Of a DNA stretch of 64,000 nucleotides, positions 39,367-49,309 are shown piece by piece. Source of the stretch: Acidimicrobiia bacterium (GTDB taxonomy: Bacteria > Actinomycetota > Acidimicrobiia > Spongiisociales > UBA5794); assembly GCA_051002015.1 (NCBI GenBank), contig JBPCMS010000003.1, positions 1,155 to 65,154 of the forward strand. Reading direction: 5' to 3'. Both the position numbers and the translations under genes were made by a program. Below the pieces are notes generated by a model. It was not told the origin of the DNA. It worked only from the letters and a program-made list of their open reading frames with translations, and did no database searches. How positions within the stretch are numbered: position 1 is the first letter of the stretch; every line of letters starts with the position of its first letter.

Positions 39367-41274
39367 CTACCGCGCCACCGGGGAGGTGACGGTCTCGAGC
39401 TCGAGGCGGAGGGCGATGGTGAGCGGCTCGAGCTGGGGCGAGCCGGTGTAGCGGCGCCCGTTGATGAAGAACGTCGGGGTGCCGGCGGCGCCGCTGTCGG
39501 ATGCGCTGGCGACGTCCCGGGCCACCCGGAGCGAGTGGCGCCGCTCGTCGAGATCGGAGACGAACCGCTCCACGTCGAGACCGAGCGCCTCGGCGTGGCC
39601 GATCAGGTCGTCCATGGCGAGATCGTCCTGGGCGGCGAACAGGGCGTCGTGCATCTCCCAGAAGCTGCCCTGGGCGGCTGCGGCCTCGGCCGCCTCTGCC
39701 GCCATCTCGGCGTGCTCATGCACCTCGACCAGGGGAAGGTGGCGGAAGACGAAGGCGAGGTCCCCGCCGAACCTTGTCTCCAGATCCTGGACAACGGGCT
39801 CGGCCCGCCCGCAGTACGGGCATTCGAAGTCGCCGTACTCCACCAGGGTGAGCGGGGCATCGACCGAACCGCGGATGTGATCGATCTCGGGATCGACCAC
39901 CTCGGCCAGGTCCCGGATCGGGGGCGCCAGCTTGCCCTCGCCCGCCGTTCGCACCTTCTCCGGGAGCCGCCTGATGACCCGGAACACCGACCAGGTGAGC
40001 ACCGAGGCGACGATCGATGCCGCCAGGATGCCCAGCTTGGCGTCCTCCAGCTCCACCCCGGTGAACGAGATGTCGGCGATGAGCAGCGAGACGGTGAACC
40101 CGATGCCGGCGACGGTGGCCGCCCCCGTCAGCGGTGCCCAGGGGACGGTGAGGGGGAAGCCGCCCATCCACGGGCGGGACACCAGCCAGGTGACCCCGAC
40201 GATCCCGATAGGTTTGCCCAGCACCAGCCCGGCGATGATCCCGAGCGTTATCGGGGAAGAAGCCGCCACCCTGATGGCCTCCGCATCCACCTTCACCCCG
40301 GCGTTGGCCAGGGCGAACAGGGGGACGATCACGTAGCTGGTCCACGGGTGGAACCGGTGCTGGGCCCGCTCGTTGGGCGAGATGGCGAGCTCCATGGTCC
40401 TGCCGGCGGAACGGGCGTAGGCGGGGGTGGGCTCCTCGCGGAACAGGCGCCAACCGGCGGCGGCGCGTTGCAGGTCGTGACGGCTGGGCGGGTAGGCGGT
40501 GGCCAGCACCCCGACGGCGACCCCGGCGATGGTGGCGTGGACACCGGAGAGGAGGGTGGCGATCCACACCCCGACCCCGACCAGGAAGTAGGGCAGCCCG
40601 CCCCGCACCCCTACCCGGGTGAGCAGCGCGATCACCCCGAACAGGACAACCGCCACCGCCAGCGCCGAGAGTGAAAGGTCGGAGGTGTAGGCGATGGCGA
40701 TGACGGTGAGGGCCACCACGTCGTCGATGATCACCAGGGTGAGCAGGAACGCCCGCACCCTGGGGGAGGCACCCCCGACCAGGGTGAGGATGCCGATGGC
40801 GAATGCGGTGTCGGTGCCCATCACGATGCCCCAGCCCCGCACCGAGGCCTCCCCGGCGTTGATGGCGAGATAGATCAGCGCCGGCACCGCCATTCCCCCG
40901 ATGGCGGCGAGCACCGGGGTGGCCACCCGGCGCCGCTCCCGCAGCTCGCCCATGTCGAACTCGCGGCGGATCTCGAGCCCGACCACGAAGAAGAACAGTG
41001 CCATGAGCCCGTCGTTGATCCAGTGGCGCAGGTCGAGCGACAGCTCCCTACCCCCGAACCGCACCGCCAGCTCGGTTTGCCAGAGGTCCTCGTAGGACGC
41101 CGCCCACGGGGAGTTGGCCCAGATCAGGGCGGTGACGGTGGCCAACAGCAGGATCACCGCCCCGGCGTTCTCGGTGCCGATGAACTCACGCAGCGGGACC
41201 ACCCAGCGGGTGACGGGCGTGGATGACTGGGTCGGTCCGGCCCGCTCCGCCGGGGCCGGGTTCCCGCTCAGCAT
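39367..41274 (-). CDS. nhaA: Na+/H+ antiporter NhaA fused to a C-terminal DsbA-like thioredoxin domain
   Basis: NhaA TM core (INDGLMALFFFVVGLEIRRE, GTDTAFAIGIL). C-terminal DsbA domain with CPYC (EYGDFECPYCGRAEP...GTPTFFINGRRY). True start is MLSGNPAP at 41274. Confidence 0.85.
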   Translation of the reverse strand: MLSGNPAPAERAGPTQSSTPVTRWVVPLREFIGTENAGAVILLLATVTALIWANSPWAASYEDLWQTELAVRFGGRELSLDLRHWINDGLMALFFFVVGLEIRREFDMGELRERRRVATPVLAAIGGMAVPALIYLAINAGEASVRGWGIVMGTDTAFAIGILTLVGGASPRVRAFLLTLVIIDDVVALTVIAIAYTSDLSLSALAVAVVLFGVIALLTRVGVRGGLPYFLVGVGVWIATLLSGVHATIAGVAVGVLATAYPPSRHDLQRAAAGWRLFREEPTPAYARSAGRTMELAISPNERAQHRFHPWTSYVIVPLFALANAGVKVDAEAIRVAASSPITLGIIAGLVLGKPIGIVGVTWLVSRPWMGGFPLTVPWAPLTGAATVAGIGFTVSLLIADISFTGVELEDAKLGILAASIVASVLTWSVFRVIRRLPEKVRTAGEGKLAPPIRDLAEVVDPEIDHIRGSVDAPLTLVEYGDFECPYCGRAEPVVQDLETRFGGDLAFVFRHLPLVEVHEHAEMAAEAAEAAAAQGSFWEMHDALFAAQDDLAMDDLIGHAEALGLDVERFVSDLDERRHSLRVARDVASASDSGAAGTPTFFINGRRYTGSPQLEPLTIALRLELETVTSPVAR

Positions 41275-41500
41275 CGGATGCCGTCCCCGACATGGCGGCG
41301 CGTCGTTGTCGGGGGCGCAACCCGGCCGCTCGGCGGTTCGGGTAGCCGGGCACGGCCGGGTTGCGGTCGGCGGAGCATCGGCGATGATTGTACGGGCCGT
41401 CTCCGGCCCACCGTCGCCCGACCAGAATCGCGCCATACCCCCCGCGCCGAGTAGCCTCACGTGAAATCCTTCCGTCTGGAAGCCCAAGGGGGAGATCGAG

Positions 41501-42196
41501 ATGCGTGCACCCAGGTTCCTCGTGTTGCTGGCGCTGATGCTGGTGCTGGCCGCCTGCGGTGGCGGGGACGACGGTTCGGACACAACGACGGGCGATACGT
41601 CGGCCGCCGGGACGGACACCACGGTTGGCGGGACTGACACCACCACCACCGCCACCTCACCAGACGACGCAGATCAACCGGTGGTGTCGTCGCTCGACGA
41701 CATACCCCAGGAGTGCGTGGACGCCTTCGTCGACTATCTGCGGGCCATCGAGCCGACGGTCGAGGGAATCGACTTCGACACCGCCACGTCAAACGACCTC
41801 GACCAGCTCTTCACCGACCTCGAGCCCATCGAGGAGGAGTTCGATGCCAGCACCCTCGATCTCGCCTGCCCGGACCTCGACGACGATGTGGACGTCTTCC
41901 CCGCACTGATCGAGATCGCCTCGCGTGAGGCACCCGGCACCGTCGGCTTCCTCGAGGTCATCGCCAGCTTGGTCGGTGCCGCCGGTGGCGCCGCGGTCGA
42001 GGCGAGCGGCGACTGCGAGACCGACATCGCCGCCGTCCAGGCCTACGTCGACCAAGGGGGAACGATGGGCGATCTGCCCATGGCCGATTTCGCCCCCCTG
42101 CTCGCCCTGCTCACCTCGCTGTCGACCGTGTGCTCGGCCGAGCGGTCCGCCGAGTTCTTCAGCCAGGACGACGTGACCGCCTTCATGTCGGAGTAG
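41501..42196 (+). CDS. Acidic lipoprotein, hypothetical
   Basis: Lipobox LAAC|GGG, a very acidic Asp/Glu/Thr-rich body, and a GGGGGAG Shine-Dalgarno. Confidence 0.6.
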   Translation: MRAPRFLVLLALMLVLAACGGGDDGSDTTTGDTSAAGTDTTVGGTDTTTTATSPDDADQPVVSSLDDIPQECVDAFVDYLRAIEPTVEGIDFDTATSNDLDQLFTDLEPIEEEFDASTLDLACPDLDDDVDVFPALIEIASREAPGTVGFLEVIASLVGAAGGAAVEASGDCETDIAAVQAYVDQGGTMGDLPMADFAPLLALLTSLSTVCSAERSAEFFSQDDVTAFMSE

Positions 42197-42210
42197 GCAG
42201 CCGCTGCGGG

Positions 42211-43224
42211 TCACACCTCAACGGTGATCCGCACCGGCCCGGTGCTGGCCCCGACCACCAGGTCGGGGGCGAAGATCTGGGTGGGGATGGTGGCGTCGGC
42301 CGTGGGGGGTGCGGCGAACAGGGTCGACGCCGCCGTGGCGAGCTGCTCGATCGGCTGGCGGACCGTGGTCAGCGGCGGGTCGGTCATCGTCGCCAGGGCG
42401 GTGCCGTCGAAGCCGACCACGGAGACGTCACCGGGCACGGTGGCCCCCCAGCTTCGCACCGCCCTGACCGCACCGAGCGCCATCAGGTCGCTGGCGGCGA
42501 CGATCCCGGTGACCCCTGCCTCGAGCAGCCTGGCCGTACCCGCCTGGCCGCCCTCGACGGTGAACAGGGTCTCGGACAGCAGCTCGTCGGGCGCCTCCAG
42601 GTCGTGGGCCCGCATCGTCCGGCGCCAGCCTTCGGCGAAGTCGACCGCGGTGGTGTAGCGGAGCGGGCCCACCAGGCAGCCGATGTGGCGATGGCCCAGG
42701 GTGACCAGATGGCGGCTACCGAGGGCGGCTCCGGCGGCGATGTCGACCGAGACCGACGGCACCGGGGCCGGGGGTGTGACCGCGTTGACCAGCACCACCC
42801 GCATCCCCCGCTCCACCAGGGCGATGTACGGCTCGTATCCGATCCCGACCCCGGCGTAGCGGCCGTTGACGATGACCGCCCCGGCGGCCCGGCTCTGCAG
42901 GAGATGGTCGAGGTAGTCCTGCTCGTTGATGGTCTCGGCGGTCGACGGGCAGATCACCGACACGTAGTCGTGGCGGGCCAGCTTGGCCTCGATCGACTGG
43001 GCCAGGGTGGCGAAGATGGGGTTGTCGAGCTCGGGGGTGAGGATCCCCACCAGCCCGGTGTGATGGGGACGGCTGGGGACATCGGCGTACCCGACGTCGC
43101 TGAGGGCGTCGAGCACCAACCGCCTGGTCGGCTCGGCCACACCGGGCTTGCCGTTGATCACCCGGCTCACCGTCGCCTCGCTGACCCCTGCGATGCGGGC
43201 GATGTCGCTGAGCCTGGGTCGCAT
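42211..43224 (-). CDS. LacI-family transcriptional regulator (likely repressor of the divergent maltodextrin-type ABC/GH13 operon)
   Basis: HTH LSDIARIAGVSEATVSRVINGKPGV plus a periplasmic-binding-fold sugar sensor domain. Confidence 0.85.
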   Translation of the reverse strand: MRPRLSDIARIAGVSEATVSRVINGKPGVAEPTRRLVLDALSDVGYADVPSRPHHTGLVGILTPELDNPIFATLAQSIEAKLARHDYVSVICPSTAETINEQDYLDHLLQSRAAGAVIVNGRYAGVGIGYEPYIALVERGMRVVLVNAVTPPAPVPSVSVDIAAGAALGSRHLVTLGHRHIGCLVGPLRYTTAVDFAEGWRRTMRAHDLEAPDELLSETLFTVEGGQAGTARLLEAGVTGIVAASDLMALGAVRAVRSWGATVPGDVSVVGFDGTALATMTDPPLTTVRQPIEQLATAASTLFAAPPTADATIPTQIFAPDLVVGASTGPVRITVEV

Positions 43225-43269
43225 GCCGCTCTCCGGGGATCCGATCACCGCATGATGACGTACCGGGCC

Positions 43270-43330
43270 CGACGTTGCAAGATGTTTGACAACTTGCAGA
43301 AAGCCACTGGAAACTTGCAGGGGCGTGTGG
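43270..43330. promoter_or_regulatory. Candidate LacI operator/promoter region carrying three CTTGCAG/TTGCAAG motifs and a TTGACA hexamer
   Basis: GTTGCAAGATGTTTGACAACTTGCAGAAAGCCACTGGAAACTTGCAGGGG lies between the divergent lacI-type gene and the malE-like gene. Confidence 0.3.
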
Positions 43331-43390
43331 TTCAATGGGCCCGCCGCTCCCTGGGGGCGGTCACATCTGAGATACCGAGGAGGGTTATCC

Positions 43391-44698
43391 ATGAACCGCC
43401 TGCACTTGAGGCTCTTCGCCCTGGTGTTCGCCCTGGTGATGGTCGTTGCCGCCTGTGGCGGCGGCGACGACGAGCCGGAGGGCACCACCGCAGCACCCGA
43501 GGCCAGCACCACCACCGCACCCGAGGCCACCACGACCACCGCGGCCGCCGCCACCACGACGGTTGCCGCCCTCGCCCCGCTGACGATATGGGCGGACGAC
43601 AAGTTCGGCCCGATCATCGAGGAGGTCGCCGCCCCGTTCACCACCGAGACCGGCGTCCCCATCGAGGTCACCGTGATCGACTTCGAAGACATGCGAGAGC
43701 AGATCGTCACCCAGGCCCCCGCCGGCCAGGGGCCCGACATCTTCATCGGCGCCCACGACTGGGTGGGTGAGATGGTTGCCAACGGCATCGCCGCCCCCAT
43801 CGACCTGGGCGACAAGGCAGCCAACCTGACCGAGCCCAGCCTCAACGCCCTCACCGTCGAGGGCACGCTCTACGCCCTGCCCTACGCCGCCGAGAACGTG
43901 ACCCTGTACTACAACACCGAGCTGGTCCCGACGCCGCCGGCGTCCGTCGAAGAGCTGACCGCCATCTGTGACCAGCTTGGTGATGACATCGAGAACTGCT
44001 GGGGCATCACGGGCGGGGGCGCCGCCGGAGATGCGTACCACAACTATGCCTTCGTCTCCGCACAGGGCGGCTACATCTTCGGCTACACACCCGAGACCGG
44101 GTTCGACGTCGCCGACGTCGGTCTCGACTCCGAGGGCGCCATCGCCGGCGTCGAGGCGCTGGCCACCCTGGTGGCGGACGGCTACATCGCCCCGCTCGAC
44201 GACGATACCGCCAAGCAGCTCTTCATCGACGGGACCGAGCCGTTCTACCTGTCCGGCCCGTGGCAGATCAACTCGCTCAACGAGTCAGGGATGCCGTGGA
44301 GCGCCGCTCCGCTGCCCACCCTCGACGGCAACGTGATGGCACCGTTCATCGGGGTGCGCGGCTTCTACATCAGCGAGTTCGGCTCCAACCCGGCGATCGC
44401 CCAGGAGTTCCTCCTCAACTTCATCGCCACCGACGAGACAATGGTGGCACTGCACGAAGCCGATCCGCGCGGCCCCACCTGGCTCCCAGTGCTCGAGGCC
44501 ATCGGCGACGATCCGGTGTTCTCCGCCTTCGGCGCCTCCGGTGCCAGCGGCCAGTTCATGCCCAACGTGCCCGAGATGGGTGCGGTGTGGGGCCCGCTCG
44601 GTGACCAGCTCCTGGCCATCCGCCAGGGGAGCACGGACGCCACCACGGCGATGACCCAGGCCGCCGAGCAGGTCCGCACCGCCGTCGCCGGCGGCTGA
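43391..44698 (+). CDS. Sugar ABC transporter substrate-binding lipoprotein (MalE-like, maltose/maltodextrin family)
   Basis: Lipobox VAACGGG, SBP_bac_1-like body. GAGGAGGG Shine-Dalgarno. Confidence 0.85.
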   Translation: MNRLHLRLFALVFALVMVVAACGGGDDEPEGTTAAPEASTTTAPEATTTTAAAATTTVAALAPLTIWADDKFGPIIEEVAAPFTTETGVPIEVTVIDFEDMREQIVTQAPAGQGPDIFIGAHDWVGEMVANGIAAPIDLGDKAANLTEPSLNALTVEGTLYALPYAAENVTLYYNTELVPTPPASVEELTAICDQLGDDIENCWGITGGGAAGDAYHNYAFVSAQGGYIFGYTPETGFDVADVGLDSEGAIAGVEALATLVADGYIAPLDDDTAKQLFIDGTEPFYLSGPWQINSLNESGMPWSAAPLPTLDGNVMAPFIGVRGFYISEFGSNPAIAQEFLLNFIATDETMVALHEADPRGPTWLPVLEAIGDDPVFSAFGASGASGQFMPNVPEMGAVWGPLGDQLLAIRQGSTDATTAMTQAAEQVRTAVAGG

Positions 44699-44802
44699 GC
44701 GGAACCGGCGGACGCACCCATGGGACGGGGGGAGGGCACGAGGCTCTCCCCCCGTTTCGGCGTCGGTTGCCGTCAGGGACTCCTGGGTAGGATCGCCGCG
44801 CC

Positions 44803-46449
44803 ATGACCGTTCTGCGGGAACGACCACCGGCCACCTCGGTCAGGCAGCGCGCCCAGTACGGGCGCGGCTGGTGGATCAGGATGGGCATGCTCGCCATGCT
44901 CGACGCCATCGCGGTGTGGGCAGCCACCGTGCTCATCGCCGACGGTGCCTGGCTGTTCCTCGCCGGGCTGGTCATCGGCACCCTCTTCGTCAACTGGGTC
45001 TACCTGTGGCCCGGCACCAGGGCGCTGCGCTGGATCACCCCCGGCCTGGTCCTGATGCTGGTGTTCCTGATCGTCCCCATCATCTACACCTTCTACATCT
45101 CGTTCACCAACTGGGCGACGGGCAACGTCCTGCAGAAGCCACAGGCGATCACCATCATCGAGAGCCGCTCCTTCGTCGACCCCGACGCCCCCGGCGAGCT
45201 CTTCACCCTCCACGTCTACCAGGACGGCGACGAACTCCGGCTGCTGCTGGTCGGCGCCGGGGGCGAGCTGATCTTCGGTGAGCCGCGGCTGCGCGGCGAG
45301 GAACCGCTGGAGGACGCCATCCAGGATCCGGTCGAGCTCGGGACCACGGACGAAGACGGCGACGGCGTGCCCGAGCAGATCGGACCGTACCGGCTGCTCT
45401 CCCGGCCCCAGGTGTTCGCCCTGGCCAACACCCTCGCCTTCGACCAGCTGGTCATCGACAGCGACTCGGGACAGATCCAGATCCTCGGCCTCTCCCAGGG
45501 GCGGGTGGTCCAGGCCACCCAGCGGTTCCGCTACGACCCCGCCACCGACACCATGCGCGACGAGGTGGCCGAGCAGGACTGCCGGCCGGGGGACACGGTC
45601 GGCACCAAGGGCAACTTCGTCTGCGAGGACGGCATCGAGCTCAACCCGGGATGGGTGGAGACGGTCGGTCTCGCCAACTACCGCAACGTCCTGGCCAACC
45701 AATCGATCCGGGCCGCCTTCCTCGGGGTGTTCACCTGGAACCTGGTCTTCGCCTTCGTCTCGGTGGCGTCCACGTTCGCCCTCGGGCTGGGGCTGGCCAT
45801 CACCATGCAGCACGAGCGGCTGCGGGGCCGCACCCTGTACCGGTCGATCTTCATCCTTCCCTACGCCGTTCCCGCCTTCCTCAGCATCCTCATCTGGCAG
45901 GGTCTCTTCAACGCCCAGTTCGGTCAGATCAACAACCTGCTGGGTGCGGTCGGCGTCGGCGCCATCTCCTGGCTGTCCGACCCGATGTGGGCGAGGACGG
46001 CGGTGCTGCTGGTCAACCTCTGGCTCGGGTTCCCCTACATGTACCTGATCTGCACCGGCGCCCTCCAAGCCATCCCCACCGATCTGATCGAGGCGGCGAG
46101 GGTCGACGGGGCCGGGCCCCTCCGGGTGTTCCGCAACATCACCTTCCCGCTGCTGATGGTGTCGCTGGCCCCGCTGCTCATCGGGTCGTTCGCCTTCAAC
46201 TTCAACAACTTCGTGCTGATCTACCTGCTCACCACGGGTGGGCCGCCCATCCTCGACGCCGCCGTCCCCGTGGGCTCCACCGACATCCTGATCACCTTCA
46301 CCTTCGACCTGGCGGTCGCCTCCGGTCAGGGCAACCGGTTCGCCCTCGGCGCCGCCATCACCGTGTTCATCTTCTTCTTCGTGATGATCATCTCGTCGAT
46401 CAGCTTCCGTTACACCAAGCGGCTGGAGAGCATCTATGGCAGCCTCTGA
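44803..46449 (+). CDS. Sugar ABC transporter permease (MalF-like, with a large extracytoplasmic loop)
   Basis: EAA-like motif ...AARVDGAGPLRVFRNITFPLL. 8 TM helices with a long loop after TM2. Confidence 0.85.
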   Translation: MTVLRERPPATSVRQRAQYGRGWWIRMGMLAMLDAIAVWAATVLIADGAWLFLAGLVIGTLFVNWVYLWPGTRALRWITPGLVLMLVFLIVPIIYTFYISFTNWATGNVLQKPQAITIIESRSFVDPDAPGELFTLHVYQDGDELRLLLVGAGGELIFGEPRLRGEEPLEDAIQDPVELGTTDEDGDGVPEQIGPYRLLSRPQVFALANTLAFDQLVIDSDSGQIQILGLSQGRVVQATQRFRYDPATDTMRDEVAEQDCRPGDTVGTKGNFVCEDGIELNPGWVETVGLANYRNVLANQSIRAAFLGVFTWNLVFAFVSVASTFALGLGLAITMQHERLRGRTLYRSIFILPYAVPAFLSILIWQGLFNAQFGQINNLLGAVGVGAISWLSDPMWARTAVLLVNLWLGFPYMYLICTGALQAIPTDLIEAARVDGAGPLRVFRNITFPLLMVSLAPLLIGSFAFNFNNFVLIYLLTTGGPPILDAAVPVGSTDILITFTFDLAVASGQGNRFALGAAITVFIFFFVMIISSISFRYTKRLESIYGSL

Positions 46450-47371
46450 GACACCGGCCCGGCGAGGGCTGTTGGGGAGGGGCCGGGCACCCAACCCGGT
46501 GTACGCCCCGATGTCGTTCCAGAAGTGGTGGCGCACCCTTGGCTGGCGCCACCTGGTGCTGCTGGTGGCGGTGCTGTTCTCGCTGTACCCGCTGGCGTGG
46601 ATGGTGTCGGCGTCGATCAACCCCATAGACACCCTGTCGGGCGCCCGGCTCATCCCCCAGGGGGCGTCCTTCGAGAACTACGGTCAGATCCTCGAGAACC
46701 CTCCCGGGTCGCCCTTCATGACCTGGCTGGCCACCTCATGGAAGATCTCGCTGGTGGTTGCGCTGACCAATGTCCTGCTCGGCGCCATGTCTGCGTACGC
46801 CTTCAGCCGCTTCCGGTTCACCGGCCGCAGGCTGGGGCTGCTGTCGATGCTCCTCGTCCAGGTGTTCCCGCAGTTCCTCGCCTTCGTGGCGATCTTCCTG
46901 ATCCTCGACCAGCTCGGCGTCGTGGTCCCCGCCATCGGGCTCGACACCCACCTCGGGCTGATCCTGGTGTATCTGGGTGGCGCCATCGGGTTCAACACCT
47001 TCCTGATCAAGGGCTTCATGGACTCGGTGCCGATCTCGCTCGACGAGTCGGCCCGGGTCGACGGGGCCACCCCGACCCAGATCTTCTGGCGGATCATCTT
47101 GCCGCTGGTCCGTCCCGCCCTCGCCGTGATCGGGGTGATCGCCTTCGTCACCGCCTTCTCCGAGTTCGTGCTGGCCCGCACCCTGCTCACCACGGTGGAC
47201 AACCTCACCTACGCCGTCGGGCTGCAGACCTTCACCCTGTCCGAGTACGCCTCGCGCTGGGGCCAGCTCGCCGCCGGGGCGGTGATCGGGTCGCTGCCCA
47301 TCGTGGTGACCTTCCTCGTGTTCCAGCGGGCGATCGTCAGCGGGCTCACCCAGGGCGCCGTCAAGGGCTGA
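46436..47371 (+). CDS. Sugar ABC transporter permease (MalG-like)
   Basis: EAA motif DESARVDGATPTQIFWRIILPL. Overlaps the upstream permease. Confidence 0.85.
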   Translation: MAASETPARRGLLGRGRAPNPVYAPMSFQKWWRTLGWRHLVLLVAVLFSLYPLAWMVSASINPIDTLSGARLIPQGASFENYGQILENPPGSPFMTWLATSWKISLVVALTNVLLGAMSAYAFSRFRFTGRRLGLLSMLLVQVFPQFLAFVAIFLILDQLGVVVPAIGLDTHLGLILVYLGGAIGFNTFLIKGFMDSVPISLDESARVDGATPTQIFWRIILPLVRPALAVIGVIAFVTAFSEFVLARTLLTTVDNLTYAVGLQTFTLSEYASRWGQLAAGAVIGSLPIVVTFLVFQRAIVSGLTQGAVKG

Positions 47372-47374
47372 GCC

Positions 47375-49258
47375 GTGCCGTCGACGACCGTCGCTCCCGA
47401 GCCTGCCCGGCGCCGCCTCGCCTCCGATTTCCAGGTGTACGGCACCGGCAGCGTCCGTCCCCACCGGGTGCGGTTCGACCCCGCCGACCCGGGCTTCCTG
47501 GCCCGCCTTCCCGACGGGCGGCTCACCTTCCGGGTCCTCGGGCCCGGCAACGTCGCCGAGGCGATGGTGGTGGCACGGGTGGACGATCCCGACCAGGTGA
47601 TCGGGTACCCGCTCACCCTGCTCGGGGCGGCGGGAGCCGTTTCGCTGTGGGAGACGACCATCGAGCCGCCCGCCCCGTTCTTCGGGTGCTCGATCGCCCT
47701 CAGGCTGGCCGACGGCTCCGCCGTGTATCTGGCCCCGACCGGCATCGCCAGCGGGATCGAGCGACTCGACCGCTTCCCCGTTGCGGTCGCCGACGTGCCG
47801 TGCCACGAAGCTCCCGCGTGGGCGGCGGGAGCGGTGATCTATCAGATCTTCCCCGACCGGTTCGCCAACGGGGACCAGGGCAACGACCCGGCCGACGTGG
47901 CGCCGTGGGGGTCCGAGCCCACCAGGCGCGGGTTCATGGGCGGCGACCTGGCAGGGATCACCGCCAACGCCGACTACCTCGAAGCTCTCGGCGTAGACGT
48001 GGTGTACCTGACCCCGATCTTCGCTTCCCCGTCGAACCACCGCTACGACACCGTCGATTACCTGTCCGTCGACCCGATGCTCGGCGATGACCAGGCGCTC
48101 GGTGCGCTGGTGGCCGAGCTGCACCGCCGCTCGATCCGGGTGCTGCTCGACGTGTCGCTCAACCACGTACACCCCCGCTTCGCCGGGTTCGCCGACCTGA
48201 TCGCCTCCGGCGAGGGGTCGGCGCACCACGGCTGGTTCGCCGTCTCCGACTGGCCGGTGCGGGTCGAGTACCGCCCCGGGCTGATCGAGCCCGGCGACTT
48301 CTGGGACGAGCATCTGGAGCGGATCAGGGACGAGGCGGGGGTCCCGGTGGTCGCCGTCGAAGGCGAGGGACCCGTGGTCCGCACCACATACGAGGCCTGG
48401 TACGGGGTGCCCACCATGCCGAGGGTCGACCTGCAGCACCCGGGGGCGCGCCGGTTCATGCTCGATGTCGTCACCCATTGGGTGGAGCGGTTCGACATCG
48501 ACGGGTGGCGGATGGACGTGGTCCGCTACATCGACCACGACTTCTGGGTCGAGGCCAGACGGGAGCTGCGGGCGGTCAAGCCGGACGCCTACCTGCTGGC
48601 CGAGGTGATGGGCGATGCGAGCCGGTGGCTGGCGGGCGACGAGTTCGACGCCACCATGAGCTACACCTTCCGCGATCTGTGCGTCGATTTCTTCGCCAAG
48701 GGGACCATCGACGCCGCCACCATGCTGGAGGGATTCCTGGAGATGACGGCGATGTACTCGCCCGCGGTCACCGCCATGAGCCACAACCTCATCGGAAGCC
48801 ACGACATGCCCCGGTTTCTCACCGAGTCGGGGGGCGACCTCGACCGCTTGATGCTGGCCACCCTGTTCCAGCTAACCGTCCCCGGCGCTCCCGGGCTGTA
48901 CTACGGGGACGAGGTGGCCATGGCGGGCGGGCCCGATCCCGCCAACCGCGGCGGCTTCCCCTGGGAGCGGGCGGACGGCCCGCACGTTCGGCGGGTGCGC
49001 TCGCTGCTCGGGGTGCGCCGGGAGCGGCCATCGCTGCGCACCGGGTGGTGGCGGCTGCTCGCCCACGACGGCGATGCGTTCGCCTACGAGCGGGTCAAAG
49101 GCGAGGAGCGCACCGTCGTCGCCTTCAACCTGGCCACGGACGAGGCCAGGCTGCCCGTCGGCGGCGCCGGTCCCGTGCTGTGGGCGTACGGCAGGGTCAG
49201 GCCGCTGCGCCGCTCGCTCCGGCTCGGCCCCCGCACCGGGGCGGTCCTCACTGGCTGA
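47375..49258 (+). CDS. GH13 family glycoside hydrolase (alpha-glucosidase/maltodextrin-glucosidase-like)
   Basis: GH13 regions: VLLDVSLNHV, GWRMDVVRY, LAEVMGD, IGSHDMPR. Confidence 0.85.
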   Translation: MPSTTVAPEPARRRLASDFQVYGTGSVRPHRVRFDPADPGFLARLPDGRLTFRVLGPGNVAEAMVVARVDDPDQVIGYPLTLLGAAGAVSLWETTIEPPAPFFGCSIALRLADGSAVYLAPTGIASGIERLDRFPVAVADVPCHEAPAWAAGAVIYQIFPDRFANGDQGNDPADVAPWGSEPTRRGFMGGDLAGITANADYLEALGVDVVYLTPIFASPSNHRYDTVDYLSVDPMLGDDQALGALVAELHRRSIRVLLDVSLNHVHPRFAGFADLIASGEGSAHHGWFAVSDWPVRVEYRPGLIEPGDFWDEHLERIRDEAGVPVVAVEGEGPVVRTTYEAWYGVPTMPRVDLQHPGARRFMLDVVTHWVERFDIDGWRMDVVRYIDHDFWVEARRELRAVKPDAYLLAEVMGDASRWLAGDEFDATMSYTFRDLCVDFFAKGTIDAATMLEGFLEMTAMYSPAVTAMSHNLIGSHDMPRFLTESGGDLDRLMLATLFQLTVPGAPGLYYGDEVAMAGGPDPANRGGFPWERADGPHVRRVRSLLGVRRERPSLRTGWWRLLAHDGDAFAYERVKGEERTVVAFNLATDEARLPVGGAGPVLWAYGRVRPLRRSLRLGPRTGAVLTG

Positions 49259-49309
49259 CCGGGCGCCCCATCCACCCGGACGGCCGTCGCCGACGCCTAC
49301 CAGCACGGC

